DNA of 32,000 nt from Opitutales bacterium. Its GTDB lineage: Bacteria > Verrucomicrobiota > Verrucomicrobiia > Opitutales > PNEW01. The position numbers and the translations under genes are program-made. Shown piece after piece: positions 18,903 through 28,340 of this stretch. How positions within the stretch are numbered: the stretch's first letter is position 1; the number at the start of each line of letters is the position of its first letter. The stretch covers positions 1,620,001 to 1,652,000 of the forward strand of contig CBDCNV010000001.1 of assembly GCA_965219535.1 (NCBI GenBank), in the 5' to 3' direction. The notes under the pieces were generated by a model. That model worked only from the letters and a program-made list of their open reading frames with translations. It searched no databases and had not been told where the DNA came from.

Positions 18903-19778
18903 TTACTCCTTTTCGATGGATTCGGGTTCGTGCTCGATGAAACGGGCTCGGGCAAAGGGCAGGTGGGTGGCGCCTCGGACGAGGATTTGGTTGGCATTAC
19001 CGCCGCTCCATTCCGTATAAGAGCGGGCGTTGGCGTAGTGACTCACAAAAGCGCGCCGGTAACGATTCTTACTGTGGTTTCGGTGTGAACGGTGGATGAG
19101 GTGGCCGTGGAAGAAAATCACATCGCCACCCTTGGCTTCGGCCAGAATTTCCTTGCTTTGGTCCACACCCGCGAGTTCGAAAAGTTGGGCATGAAAATCT
19201 TCGGTGTTTTCAGGCAAAGTTGTATTTTCATAGATAGGGTCGAAATTAGAGCCGGGGATAAATGACATGCAGCCGTTTTCCTCGTCGCAATCATCGATCG
19301 CGATCCAGGCGCCGCAGAGGGTATCGGGCGCAGAGGTAATAAAGCATGAATCCTGGTGAAAGGCCTGTCCGGGGTGGCCCGGCGGCTTGAAGAACAGCAT
19401 CGACTGCATGGCCATCAAGTCGGGGCCGATGAGGGCTTCCAGGACATCGAGGACACGGGGGTGGAGCATGAAGCGCTCATGGATTTCGAGGTGACGGTGG
19501 AACTGAAAGAAGCGGAAATATTTTTCTTCCATATCGGCCGGCGAGGTGCCGTCGTTTATCGGTTCCAGTCCTTTGATTTGGCTCAGATCCACTTTGTTGT
19601 GAAGCAGGTTCATGGAGTGTGCATCAAGTTCCCGCAACTCCGAGTTGGAAAGCAGACCTTCGACCTTGAGATAGCCGTTGCGGCCGAAAAAATGTCGCTC
19701 GTCAAGACTCACCTGGTATTTTTCTCTGTCAGATGTCTTCATGGACAAAGGTTCCCTGTTCGGGGAATGGGTGATCAT
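18903..19778 (-). CDS. Phytanoyl-CoA dioxygenase (PhyH) family Fe(II)/2-oxoglutarate oxygenase
   Basis: 291-aa ORF: FFGRNGYLKVEGLLS, HxD element (AFHQDS), distal His (FFHGHLIHRS), R-x-A-x-x-x-HY tail. The start may be ATG 19742 (MKTSDREKY). Confidence 0.85.
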   Translation of the reverse strand: MITHSPNREPLSMKTSDREKYQVSLDERHFFGRNGYLKVEGLLSNSELRELDAHSMNLLHNKVDLSQIKGLEPINDGTSPADMEEKYFRFFQFHRHLEIHERFMLHPRVLDVLEALIGPDLMAMQSMLFFKPPGHPGQAFHQDSCFITSAPDTLCGAWIAIDDCDEENGCMSFIPGSNFDPIYENTTLPENTEDFHAQLFELAGVDQSKEILAEAKGGDVIFFHGHLIHRSHRNHSKNRYRRAFVSHYANARSYTEWSGGNANQILVRGATHLPFARARFIEHEPESIEKE

Positions 19779-19928
19779 CTTGGTATCATGAAGTTGACGA
19801 GCTTCCTAAATATCTGTCAAGCTTCTAGCCTTGGGGTAAATAAAAGTGGTGGGTAATTCCATATGACTTATTGAGAATGCCCAACCCGTTCAGGTTTATA
19901 CCTTTCCCTTTCTTAACTCCCGGGGATC

Positions 19929-20972
19929 TTAAGCTTCTTCCCATACATCTACATTCAACTGCTGCACACGTTTGTCCAGGACAGGAACTCGTTTACCGGT
20001 TCTGACCGCTTTGACTGCCGCGAAAACCATGGCAACGCTGTGTATGTTGTCAAATACATCTGTTTGCGGTCGTTTACCTCTTTTTACTGAAAAAATAAAG
20101 TCGTTAAGAACAAAATCCTGCAAGGTGTTTTCCGGTCCTTTTGCCCGAAACGTATCTGTCCTATTAACCTTGTAAAGCTTGGGCACCTTCCTGAGAGAAA
20201 TCTTTCCATTCTCATATGAAATGGACCCCTTACTACCCTCAATCTGCCAGTTGCCATCCACGCTACAGAATTGACCCTTAGAAGACCAGCTCGCGTTGTA
20301 GACGACACGTACATTATTCTCCATCTCAAACACCAGCGAAGACGAACTGTCACCTTTGTAGTTTGACCATGCAGGATTCCAGGCTTCACCTCGGACAGAC
20401 ATGGCATTGAGACCGGTAACAAAGCGAACGAGGTCAAAATGATGTATCGCCATATCAATTAGGAGAGGATCCCTCATTTCATGACGGAATCCACCGCCAA
20501 AATCATGGCCCATATAGAAATCTATCTTAACCTGGCCGATATCGCCAATCCGTCCACTTTCGACCAGACGAGCGAGTGTCCATGTTTCCGGTCTATAGCG
20601 ATAATTCTGGCTGACAACACATGTCTGTCCGGTATTTCGTGATGCTCTCAGGATTGACATGCAACTGGCAAGATTATCGGCCATCGGTTTCTCGGTAATC
20701 ACGTCAAGACCCGCCTTCATGGCCTGGACCACACACTGCTTGTGATACTCAGGTGGAGTAACGCATACGAGGGCATCCGCTTTGACCTTCTTCAACGCTT
20801 CGTTCAGTTTTGAGAAGCAAATATCTTTTCCGTAATTCCCAACTTTGCGGGCAGCCGTCAGGGCAGTCTGATTCACATCTACCAGCGCAACGACTTCGAC
20901 AGATGAATTATTTGTCAGCCGTTGTACCCACCCTTTGCCAAATCCACCTACACCAATTTGAATGAATCGCAT
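19929..20972 (-). CDS. Gfo/Idh/MocA family NAD(P)-dependent oxidoreductase
   Basis: 347-aa ORF with an N-terminal Rossmann motif MRFIQIGVGGFGKGW, the EKP motif (VITEKPMA) and a C-terminal alpha/beta dimerisation domain of typical length. Confidence 0.9.
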   Translation of the reverse strand: MRFIQIGVGGFGKGWVQRLTNNSSVEVVALVDVNQTALTAARKVGNYGKDICFSKLNEALKKVKADALVCVTPPEYHKQCVVQAMKAGLDVITEKPMADNLASCMSILRASRNTGQTCVVSQNYRYRPETWTLARLVESGRIGDIGQVKIDFYMGHDFGGGFRHEMRDPLLIDMAIHHFDLVRFVTGLNAMSVRGEAWNPAWSNYKGDSSSSLVFEMENNVRVVYNASWSSKGQFCSVDGNWQIEGSKGSISYENGKISLRKVPKLYKVNRTDTFRAKGPENTLQDFVLNDFIFSVKRGKRPQTDVFDNIHSVAMVFAAVKAVRTGKRVPVLDKRVQQLNVDVWEEA

Positions 20973-21019
20973 TTTTTCTATTCTCTTGTGATTTCATTTC
21001 CGCAGAACGTCAAGCCTCA

Positions 21020-21616
21020 GTGGTCGACGAGCCGGTGCACGCCTACATCACGCAGGAGGTGATGACGCCCCTCGAGATGCAAGGCGCTGCGTTCGTGTGG
21101 ACAGGGAACGAGGACCTGCCCGTTGCGCATACGCACGATGCGGAAGGTAAAGCCAAACCGAAGGCAATTCTGCCCAAGATGAATGCCGCCGCTAGTCTTC
21201 ACTGCAGCGCGCTGGATTACGCCCGCTTCCTGCGCATTGTGCTGACACAGCCTCGCGACCATCCGCTTCGACTTTCGGATGATCTACACCGCGCGATGTT
21301 CACGCCGCAGGTCCCGGTCAACGACTCCATCGACTGGCACGACGACTGGCCACGGAAAACCACTCGACTGCACGATACGATCCAGTGGGGTTTGGGCTGG
21401 GGCATCCATCGCGACGACGACCAGCTCGCTGCGTGGCAGTGGGGCTCAAACCCTTGCACACGATCGTTCGTCATCGGCTTTCCCGAATCCCGTACCGGCG
21501 CGGTCTTCATGGGCAACAGCGGCAACGCAGAACGACTCTGGGGCGAATTGACGCAAGCACTTTTCGGGGAACCTTTCCCACCAGTGGAGTGGGTAGAGAA
21601 GAGCTCCGGGGCTTGA
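21020..21616 (+). pseudogene. 5'-truncated serine hydrolase (beta-lactamase/PBP4-like, class-C fold) gene fragment
   Basis: The 198-aa frame matches only the C-terminal half of PF00144-type proteins (...ITQEVMTPLEMQGAAF..., WGLGWG...GAVFMGNSGN). The N-terminal S-x-x-K and Y-x-N regions are absent. There is an abrupt rise in GC at ~21010 immediately next to the Gfo/Idh/MocA promoter region. Confidence 0.7.
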
Positions 21617-21779
21617 CGACCCGAGAGGCCGTTATTTGGATGATATGCGATGTGGCTACACGCTCGCGAGAAAACCACTATAGGCATGGAAAAGGAACGG
21701 AAAACAAATCGCTGCACTTGACGGTAATTCCACTGCGCTCCATCCCCACCAGTGAGCTCAATCGTTATTGATTCACTTC

Positions 21780-21856
21780 AGGAAAATCAATCCGCTGCAT
21801 ACGGGTTTATGGATTGAGGATTGAGTCGATGTGTTTTTGCGAGACCCCTCCCCCCT
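21780..21856 (+). repeat. Junction-associated repeat D, copy 2
   Basis: See copy 1. The core at 21791-21815 is followed by gaggattgagtcgatgtgtttttgcgagacccctcccccc. Confidence 0.55.
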
Positions 21857-21995
21857 TCTTTTATGTGAGCGTTTTGTGCATGATATTTTGGGTATTCGGG
21901 GACATTCGTTGCCTATCAGTGCCAAATTAAATAATGTGGAGATTTTGCAACGTTCGTAATTGCATGATCTTATGCATATTACTAAATTGCACTAT

Positions 21996-22024
21996 CGCGG
22001 TTTCGACTCCCGCCACCTCCACCA
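21996..22024 (+). repeat. Displaced tmRNA 3'-end fragment (attR-like)
   Basis: cgcggtttcgactcccgccacctccacca is 28/29 identical to 10638-10666. No matching 5' acceptor strand, tag ORF or pseudoknot region lies upstream, so it is not a second tmRNA/tRNA gene. Confidence 0.8.
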
Positions 22025-22108
22025 TTCGACTCCGGCTTGTTGGCCGTCGCTCATGGCAGGCCATTTGGTCTTGCTTAAGACAGGCTAACAGGCCGGAGTC
22101 GAATGGTG
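22020..22108. repeat. 17-bp perfect inverted repeat overlapping the end of the tmRNA fragment
   Basis: caccattcgactccggc (22020-22036) and gccggagtcgaatggtg (22092-22108) are separated by 55 nt. Each arm carries another copy of the T-loop core ttcgactc (22025-22032 direct, 22097-22104 inverted). Confidence 0.65.
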
Positions 22109-22201
22109 TCCTGCTCCGCCCTGAGTTTATCGAAGGGAGCCTGTCGAAGGGCTTGTCCTGGAACTAAGACGTGGTAAATTGCGAGACAGGACGACGGCTG
22201 A

Positions 22202-22268
22202 AGCTCACGGAGCGAAGACGGACTTAACCGAAAGAGCTAACCGTTCTCTACAGATACGGCATGCAACC
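22202..22268 (+). repeat. ~67-nt module B, copy 2 (outside the island, downstream of the tmRNA fragment)
   Basis: Aligns with 10699-10767 (see that feature). Confidence 0.6.
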
Positions 22269-22508
22269 CGTCCTGAATATTTCTAGATCCTGATATCTTT
22301 TTAGATGCCAGCCGATTCACTTAATCTGAAGAGGGATCGAAGATTGATAGGATGTGTGATTGCCATAGTGTATTGAAAGTAGAAAGTCTCTATTTTTAGG
22401 GATCTTTAATGTTCATAGAGTAAAACTCAGATAAAATAAGGATCCAATTAAACCTATTAAGAATGCCTTTAAATTCTACAGCTTGAAATTCGAAAGGAAG
22501 GTCAGCCC

Positions 22509-24050
22509 TTGGGGATTATAGAAATAACGGTAATTGTAATATACATAGTTTTCTTAGGGGCCCTTGGGATATATTTTTCACGCAGGCAAAAGACAACGGA
22601 AAATTACTTTTTTGCGGGGCGCAACTTACCCGGTTGGGTGGTCGGCTTTTCAATCATGGGAACGGCTGTCGGCAGTGCGACCTTCATCGGACATCCCGGT
22701 GAAGTATTTAAAAATAATATGTGGCAATTGCCTATGTTCATGGTTTGGCCGCTCGTAATGATTTTCATTTCCTGTTACCTGGTGGCTTTTTACCGCAGGA
22801 CGATCCGCATGACTGCCTATCGGTATTTGGAAATGCGTTTTGGCTACCCCGCGCGAGCCTACGGTGCAGGAGCATTTATTGTCAGTCGCGTTTTACACTT
22901 AAGTGTTACCTTCTATTTTCTGGCAGTCGCTGTTAGCTACATGAGTGGATGGGATGTGTGGTGGGTAATTCTGGTCTTGGGTGTGGCGACGGTAATTTAC
23001 ACCATGGTCGGAGGGATAGAAGCTGTCGTGTGGACGGACGTTATTCAAGGCACCTTGCTTGTCCTCGGCGGCCTGGCTTGCGTATGCGTTTTACTTTTCT
23101 CAACCGATGACGGTCCAAGCGCTATTATCACCAAGGCCTGGGAAGGTGGAAAGTTTGCATTGGGCAACTGGGAATTCACCTGGTTTGAAAATAATCAGTG
23201 GTTTTACCTCATCGGCGGGACATTGGTCGCGCTACAATATTTAGCCTGTGACCAGAATAATGTACAACGTTATCTCCTGGCACGGACCGACAGAGAGGCA
23301 GCGCAAGGGGCTTATATGGGAGCAGCTGCGTGTCTTCCGATCTGGATTCTCTTCCTGGTTATAGGAGCATTAATGTGGGCATTTTATGAATTATCGACGG
23401 AGCAACTGCCGGTTGAGGTGCTTCGGGAAAAAGACTTTATCATGCCTTACTTTATTAAAACCCAGTTACCCGCAGGAGTGATTGGCCTTATTTTAGCAGC
23501 TTTGATGGCGGCAGCGATGTCATCAATAGACTCGGAATTGAACGCACTGGCAGTAGTGGTGGTCAATGATTTTTATGTCCGACTCCAACCGGATGCTGCA
23601 GATAAACATCGGTTACTTTTGGGAAAGATTGTCGTCGCAGTGTTTGGAGCAATCTCCATTTACATTGCACAGCAATGGATTGGGATTAAATCGGTCGTAG
23701 AATTGTCCGTGACCGTGGCTGCAATAGTAACAGGTGGAATCCTTGGTCTCTTTGCCCTGGGATTTTTGTTTAGATGGACAACGGCATGGGGAGCTTATAT
23801 TGGAATTATAATCTGTATTTTCTTTACGGCCTGGGCAACATTTACGCGGGTTATTTTACCCGGGATGGAAACAACATTGATTAATCTGGGGCGTTTCAAT
23901 TACACCTTAAGCCCGTACCTGATTGGCCCCTTCGGCCATTTTGTTTTAGTCGCCGTCGGATTATTGGTGAGCAAACTTAAGGGCGGTCCCAGACCGGATA
24001 CCAAGGATCTTACTTTTTGGGACATCTTATCCGCTCGGCGTCGCATGTAG
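22509..24050 (+). CDS. Sodium:solute symporter (SSS/SSF) family transporter
   Basis: 513-aa ORF with ~13 TM segments. It has a typical SSS N-terminus (...GIYFSRRQKTTENYFFAGRNLPGWVVGFSIMGTAVGSATFIGHPG). The TTG start is preceded by GGAAGG 7 nt upstream. Confidence 0.9.
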   Translation: MGIIEITVIVIYIVFLGALGIYFSRRQKTTENYFFAGRNLPGWVVGFSIMGTAVGSATFIGHPGEVFKNNMWQLPMFMVWPLVMIFISCYLVAFYRRTIRMTAYRYLEMRFGYPARAYGAGAFIVSRVLHLSVTFYFLAVAVSYMSGWDVWWVILVLGVATVIYTMVGGIEAVVWTDVIQGTLLVLGGLACVCVLLFSTDDGPSAIITKAWEGGKFALGNWEFTWFENNQWFYLIGGTLVALQYLACDQNNVQRYLLARTDREAAQGAYMGAAACLPIWILFLVIGALMWAFYELSTEQLPVEVLREKDFIMPYFIKTQLPAGVIGLILAALMAAAMSSIDSELNALAVVVVNDFYVRLQPDAADKHRLLLGKIVVAVFGAISIYIAQQWIGIKSVVELSVTVAAIVTGGILGLFALGFLFRWTTAWGAYIGIIICIFFTAWATFTRVILPGMETTLINLGRFNYTLSPYLIGPFGHFVLVAVGLLVSKLKGGPRPDTKDLTFWDILSARRRM

Positions 24051-24073
24051 GTTTATTAATTTTTGATATTATC

Positions 24074-25504
24074 ATGAACAAACTGTTTTCAGAAGAACTT
24101 GGACTGCCCACCAGAGGAAAAAGCATGCGCACCACGCGTCGGCCCAATCTTGATCCTGGTGATAATGTTGTTCTTTTTGATGGGTGTGGCCCGGGGTGTA
24201 TCTTTCACTGGTGGATTTGCTACAGCATTAAGCAAGATCATGACGTGCGTGATCCTGCTCACGATCTTCAACTAAAAATCTATTACGACGGAAAATCGAA
24301 CCCTGACGTAGACCTTTCTCTGGCCAAATACTTTGGCATTCTTTTTGACCTCGATGTCTATGACATGGGCAGCGCGGCTATTAAAATGCTGCCGACGAAC
24401 GCATTTAATTTTTATTTACCGATGCCTTTTCGAGCCTTGCGGATCGAGATCGAGAACCGGAGCAAACGGACTACCACTATCTGGTTCATGGCAGATTGGC
24501 AGAAATTTAAGGGCGACACCCCGCTTACTGATATGAGGCTTCAGATTATTCATAAATCGGCTTACCCGGCAGAGACTTACGGCAGTTTCCTTATGGCTGA
24601 CCTTTCGGGTGAGGGATTTGTGGCCGGGATGGTGAAAGGCGTGCGTGCGAAGGATGATAGTGATGGGTGGTTTCACACGGGGGGTGATCTGTGGCTGCTC
24701 GATGGGGAACATAATCCAAGCGCCTTACGCGGGATTGGTGGTGAGGACGCTTTCAATATGAGTTTTGGTATATGGGATACCCAGACGGATTGGATCGGCG
24801 CGCCTTACATCCATCAGGTCGGTGAACATACAGACGTAGGTTCAGGATATGAAGGAGTCATGTATCGGTTTTTTGGCCCGGACCCGGTCTGGTTTGATCA
24901 CTCTGCGATAATTCGTTTTGGTTCGAAAGCGAACGACCTTGAGAGCTTGATCTATACCTATCTACAACCAAGGAATGTTCCCGAGGTATTGACTGTCACC
25001 TCATGGCAGCTTGCCGGCCCATTTCCGTGTATTTCGTATGAGCAATTCGAGAAAAAGGAATGGGCTGACAATGATATATCTACTTGGCCTGCTTCTTACA
25101 CCGTGGATTTTGGTCAGTACCTGGTTAACGACAGTCCAACTGAGTTTAATCTTCCTCAGCAATTGGACACCGAACACGGGTGGTGTGACTTTTCGCGGTG
25201 TTTCAGGGGTAGAAAGGGAGGAAACGTGGGTACACAGCCTAGCGAGGTGAGCGCCTATGCCGTAGGCAAAATTTTAATCCCTGAAGAGGGTGACTATGTG
25301 TTTGCCGTCGCTTTCGATGATTGGTTGCGCCTCTGGATCAATGGAAATGAGCTTCATTCCAATCGTCATGATTGCGGTTTTGAGATCGACACCGTTAAGA
25401 TCAAGTTGCCGGTGGGCGAGTGCGAGATCAGGGTCAAGCTCTCGAATTTTGACAACATGCAGTGGCGACTATGGGCGTTTTGTGTGACCGCAAAAAAGGT
25501 CTAA
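24074..25504 (+). CDS. DUF2961 / GH172-family glycoside hydrolase with a C-terminal PA14-like beta-sandwich
   Basis: The track ORF starts at TTG 24017, inside the transporter gene; ATG 24074 (MNKLFSEELG) is more likely. DUF2961 blocks are present: GPGCIFHWW, LKIYYDG...P.VDLSLAKYFG, NFYLPMPFRALRIEIEN. The C-terminal ...EEGDYVFAVAFDDWLRLWINGNEL... is a PA14-type motif. Confidence 0.85.
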   Translation: MNKLFSEELGLPTRGKSMRTTRRPNLDPGDNVVLFDGCGPGCIFHWWICYSIKQDHDVRDPAHDLQLKIYYDGKSNPDVDLSLAKYFGILFDLDVYDMGSAAIKMLPTNAFNFYLPMPFRALRIEIENRSKRTTTIWFMADWQKFKGDTPLTDMRLQIIHKSAYPAETYGSFLMADLSGEGFVAGMVKGVRAKDDSDGWFHTGGDLWLLDGEHNPSALRGIGGEDAFNMSFGIWDTQTDWIGAPYIHQVGEHTDVGSGYEGVMYRFFGPDPVWFDHSAIIRFGSKANDLESLIYTYLQPRNVPEVLTVTSWQLAGPFPCISYEQFEKKEWADNDISTWPASYTVDFGQYLVNDSPTEFNLPQQLDTEHGWCDFSRCFRGRKGGNVGTQPSEVSAYAVGKILIPEEGDYVFAVAFDDWLRLWINGNELHSNRHDCGFEIDTVKIKLPVGECEIRVKLSNFDNMQWRLWAFCVTAKKV

Positions 25505-25650
25505 ACCGGCGTTAAGTGAAATCCATAATATAGATGAAGACAATAAGGGGATCGAGAAGGTGCATCGTGTACCCCACATCGTGAACTACTTATCGCTAGA
25601 CAATCGGGATATTTCACTCTAAACCGATAACAAATTTTAAAGATAGAGAG

Positions 25651-26517
25651 ATGAAAGTTTATATCAACGGAGAGCATGTCGACTCGGCGGATGCGAAAAT
25701 TTCGGTTTTCGATCACGGGTTGCTCTATGGTGATGGGGTATTCGAAGGGATACGCCTCTACGAGGGTTGTGTCTTCAAGTTAGATGAACATCTGGAGCGC
25801 TTGGAAATGTCTGCCAAGGCGATCATGTTGAAAATGCCTTTGTCGCGGAGTGAAATGTCCGAAGCGGTTTGTGAAACCTGTCGTCAAAACGGGCTCACGG
25901 ACGGCTATGTCCGCTTAGTAGTGACGCGGGGGATCGGGGATCTCGGTTTATCGCCGAAGTTGTGCGAGACGCCGCAAGTAATTATTATCGCGGACAAGAT
26001 TCAACTCTACCCGGATTCTTACTACACGGACGGGATGAAGATAATTACCGTTGCGACCTGGCGAAACAATCCGGCGGCACTTCCACCGATGATTAAATCG
26101 CTGAATTATCTCAATAATATCATGGCGAAAATGGATGCTCAAAATGCCGGTTTCGTTGAAGCACTGATGCTAAATGATCGGGGTTGCGTGGCCGAATGTA
26201 CAGGTGACAATGTTTTTATTCTCTTCAAAGGAGTGATCTATACAACACCCACTTCAGCGGGCAATCTCAAGGGTATCACGCGGGAGGTGGCATTTAATAT
26301 CGCGGAGGCTATGGGAATCCCCTTAAAAGAGGTGGAGTTGACCCGCTATGATCTCTGGAACGCGGAGGAATGTTTCCTCACGGGGACGGCAGCGGAAGTT
26401 GTCCCGGTGACAGAAATTGACGGCCGGGAAATAGGGAACGGAAAACCGGGGACCACCACGTTGCGCTTTATTGAGGCTTTCAGAAAAAAAGTGTCAATTG
26501 AAGGAACAATGCTTTAA
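25651..26517 (+). CDS. ilvE: Branched-chain-amino-acid aminotransferase (fold-type IV PLP enzyme)
   Basis: 288-aa ORF: ISVFDHGLLYGDGVFEGIR, YVRLVVTRG, KSLNYLNNIMAK (catalytic Lys context), ECTGDNVF, FLTGTAAEVVPV. This is the classic short IlvE/DAAT-fold pattern. Confidence 0.9.
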   Translation: MKVYINGEHVDSADAKISVFDHGLLYGDGVFEGIRLYEGCVFKLDEHLERLEMSAKAIMLKMPLSRSEMSEAVCETCRQNGLTDGYVRLVVTRGIGDLGLSPKLCETPQVIIIADKIQLYPDSYYTDGMKIITVATWRNNPAALPPMIKSLNYLNNIMAKMDAQNAGFVEALMLNDRGCVAECTGDNVFILFKGVIYTTPTSAGNLKGITREVAFNIAEAMGIPLKEVELTRYDLWNAEECFLTGTAAEVVPVTEIDGREIGNGKPGTTTLRFIEAFRKKVSIEGTML

Positions 26518-26713
26518 ATTTTCGTCGCTTGGGCCGACAATTTAGAGCCAGTCTACTGAGAAAGTTCCCTATAATGGGATTTCCATATTTTGGCATGATT
26601 CATGCAGGAAATATTTACTTTTGGGTGGATATAATATAGAAATATTGGGTCTATATATTGAAACGAACTATTTAATCTTCTAAATTCACGATCTAAGTGA
26701 TACAATATTGATA

Positions 26714-27217
26714 ATGGGTAAACCGACAGAGTGTAAATATTGCGAAAAAGAAGCTACGATCCACCTTACCCAGATCGTCGATAATAAGATTCACAAAGTG
26801 GATATTTGTGAAGATTGCGCTTTGGCTAAGAAAATGACTGATCCCTCTAATTTCACGTTGGCTAACTTGCTCGACAATATGGGGGGGGCAGATAGTGAAA
26901 TCGAAGGTGATCTGGTCCGATGCGAAAGCTGTGGATTGTCGACAGCTGATTTTAAAAGCCTCGGTCGGTTTGGCTGTCCCTCGTGTTATGAAAGCTTTAA
27001 GGACTTGCTGGGTCCGATGTTAGAAGAGATGCAGAAATCTGCGACGCATCGGGGTAAAGTTCCCCATGTGTCAGCTCAACGTGTCGCCTCGCGCAATCAA
27101 ATCCAGCTTTGGGAAGATAACCTGCAAAACGCGATCAAAGCAGAACGCTATGAAGATGCAGCCCAATGGCGGGATAAAATTACCCAATTGAAAAACGAGT
27201 TAAAAAGTAAAGTTTAA
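26714..27217 (+). CDS. mcsA: McsA-like UVR-motif zinc-finger protein (activator of the arginine kinase)
   Basis: Four CxxC pairs (CKYC, CEDC, CESC, CPSC), an H-x-GK-x-P block and a C-terminal UVR helix (AIKAERYEDAAQWRDKITQLKNEL). It lies 8 nt upstream of mcsB. The track start TTG 26708 is an alternative. Confidence 0.8.
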   Translation: MGKPTECKYCEKEATIHLTQIVDNKIHKVDICEDCALAKKMTDPSNFTLANLLDNMGGADSEIEGDLVRCESCGLSTADFKSLGRFGCPSCYESFKDLLGPMLEEMQKSATHRGKVPHVSAQRVASRNQIQLWEDNLQNAIKAERYEDAAQWRDKITQLKNELKSKV

Positions 27218-27225
27218 ACCTGAAA

Positions 27226-28314
27226 ATGATTATCAGTCCACTCATAGAAGCCGAGGCAGAGTTGACCCATAATGCCAAATTAAATTGTCCTGTGGTTTTG
27301 AGCACACGGATCAGGCTCGCGCGTAATATTTCGGACATCCCATTTCCCGGTTGGGCCAAAGAGGCACAGAGAAGGGAAATTTTGGCCACTTGTATGGAAT
27401 CGCTGACAGCGCTACCTCAAATGGAAGATGGAACGTGCTTAATGGTGGATGAGTTGAGCGAACTGGAAAAACAAATATTAATGGAGCGCCACTTAATCAG
27501 CCGAGAGTTGAGCAAGGCAAAAAAAGGGAGTGGTATAGTTGTGAGTAAAGACCAGTCATGCTCAGTGATGATCAATGAAGAGGACCACTTACGTATTCAA
27601 TACCTGCGCAGCGGTTTTCGCTTCAAACAGGTGTGGTCGACGATAAACGAAATTGACAGCGCACTGGAAGAAAATCTCGACTACGCCTTTTCTTCAGAGT
27701 TGGGCTATTTGACGGCATGCCCGACAAATGTGGGGACGGGCATGCGCGCGTCAGCGATGATGCACTTGCCCGCCTTAGTGATCGCGAACCAGATGGAAAA
27801 AGTAATTCGCGCGGTGAATCAACTGGGAATAGCGGTGCGCGGTGTATTTGGGGAAGGGTCAGACGCGAGTGGAAGTATATTTCAAATCTCTAATCAGCAG
27901 ACACTCGGTGAGAGTGAGGATGAGATAATTAAACGCCTCGTAAATGTTCTTAATTCGGTAATCGAACAGGAGAATAATTCCCGGCATAAACTTTTAGAAA
28001 AAGAACCGATCAAACTCCTCGACAAGATGGGGCGAGCTTATGGACTTTTAAAAAACAGTCATCTTTTGAGTTCAGCTGAAGCAATGAATCTGCTTTCGCT
28101 GTTGCGCTTGGCGATTGATCTGCAGGCGATACCTGAAACTTTCCGGTCGCGCATTGATCGGTTGTATATTGAGAGCCGGCCCGGTCATATCCAATACGCA
28201 GCAAAAACTGAGATCGATCCAAATCAACGTGATGAATTTCGCTCCCGTTATATGAGGGAACAATTGGCGGAACTGCCGTCACTTAACTTTGACAAAGTAG
28301 TCAATAAATCGTAG
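27226..28314 (+). CDS. mcsB: Protein-arginine kinase McsB (ATP:guanido phosphotransferase)
   Basis: 362-aa ORF with the phosphagen-kinase catalytic core: RIRLARN, NEEDHLRIQ, LGYLTACPTNVGTGMRASAMMHLPAL, IFQISN. Confidence 0.92.
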   Translation: MIISPLIEAEAELTHNAKLNCPVVLSTRIRLARNISDIPFPGWAKEAQRREILATCMESLTALPQMEDGTCLMVDELSELEKQILMERHLISRELSKAKKGSGIVVSKDQSCSVMINEEDHLRIQYLRSGFRFKQVWSTINEIDSALEENLDYAFSSELGYLTACPTNVGTGMRASAMMHLPALVIANQMEKVIRAVNQLGIAVRGVFGEGSDASGSIFQISNQQTLGESEDEIIKRLVNVLNSVIEQENNSRHKLLEKEPIKLLDKMGRAYGLLKNSHLLSSAEAMNLLSLLRLAIDLQAIPETFRSRIDRLYIESRPGHIQYAAKTEIDPNQRDEFRSRYMREQLAELPSLNFDKVVNKS

Positions 28315-28340
28315 ATTATACAAAACCCAAAAGTATCACT

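Noticed and set aside
21731-21747. tRNA-like 5' string on the minus strand (ggggatggagcgcagtg)
   Set aside because: The D-stem cannot close and no anticodon or T-arm follows. This is most likely chance similarity.
21950-22024. A second tRNA/tmRNA gene ending at 22024
   Set aside because: Only the T-arm and 3' acceptor strand are present. No complementary 5' acceptor strand (ggaggtg/gggggtg), D-arm or anticodon arm lies upstream.
21934-22167. 77-aa track ORF spanning the tmRNA fragment and the inverted repeat
   Set aside because: It is a translation of repeat/RNA-derived sequence (…STPATSTIRLRL…LRQANRPESNG…PEFIEGSLSKG) with no RBS context. It overlaps structured repeats.
26518-26713. CtsR operator (GGTCAAA-NAN-GGTCAAA) or CIRCE element upstream of mcsA
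   Set aside because: Neither consensus, nor a one- or two-mismatch version, is visible by eye in the 190-nt upstream region.
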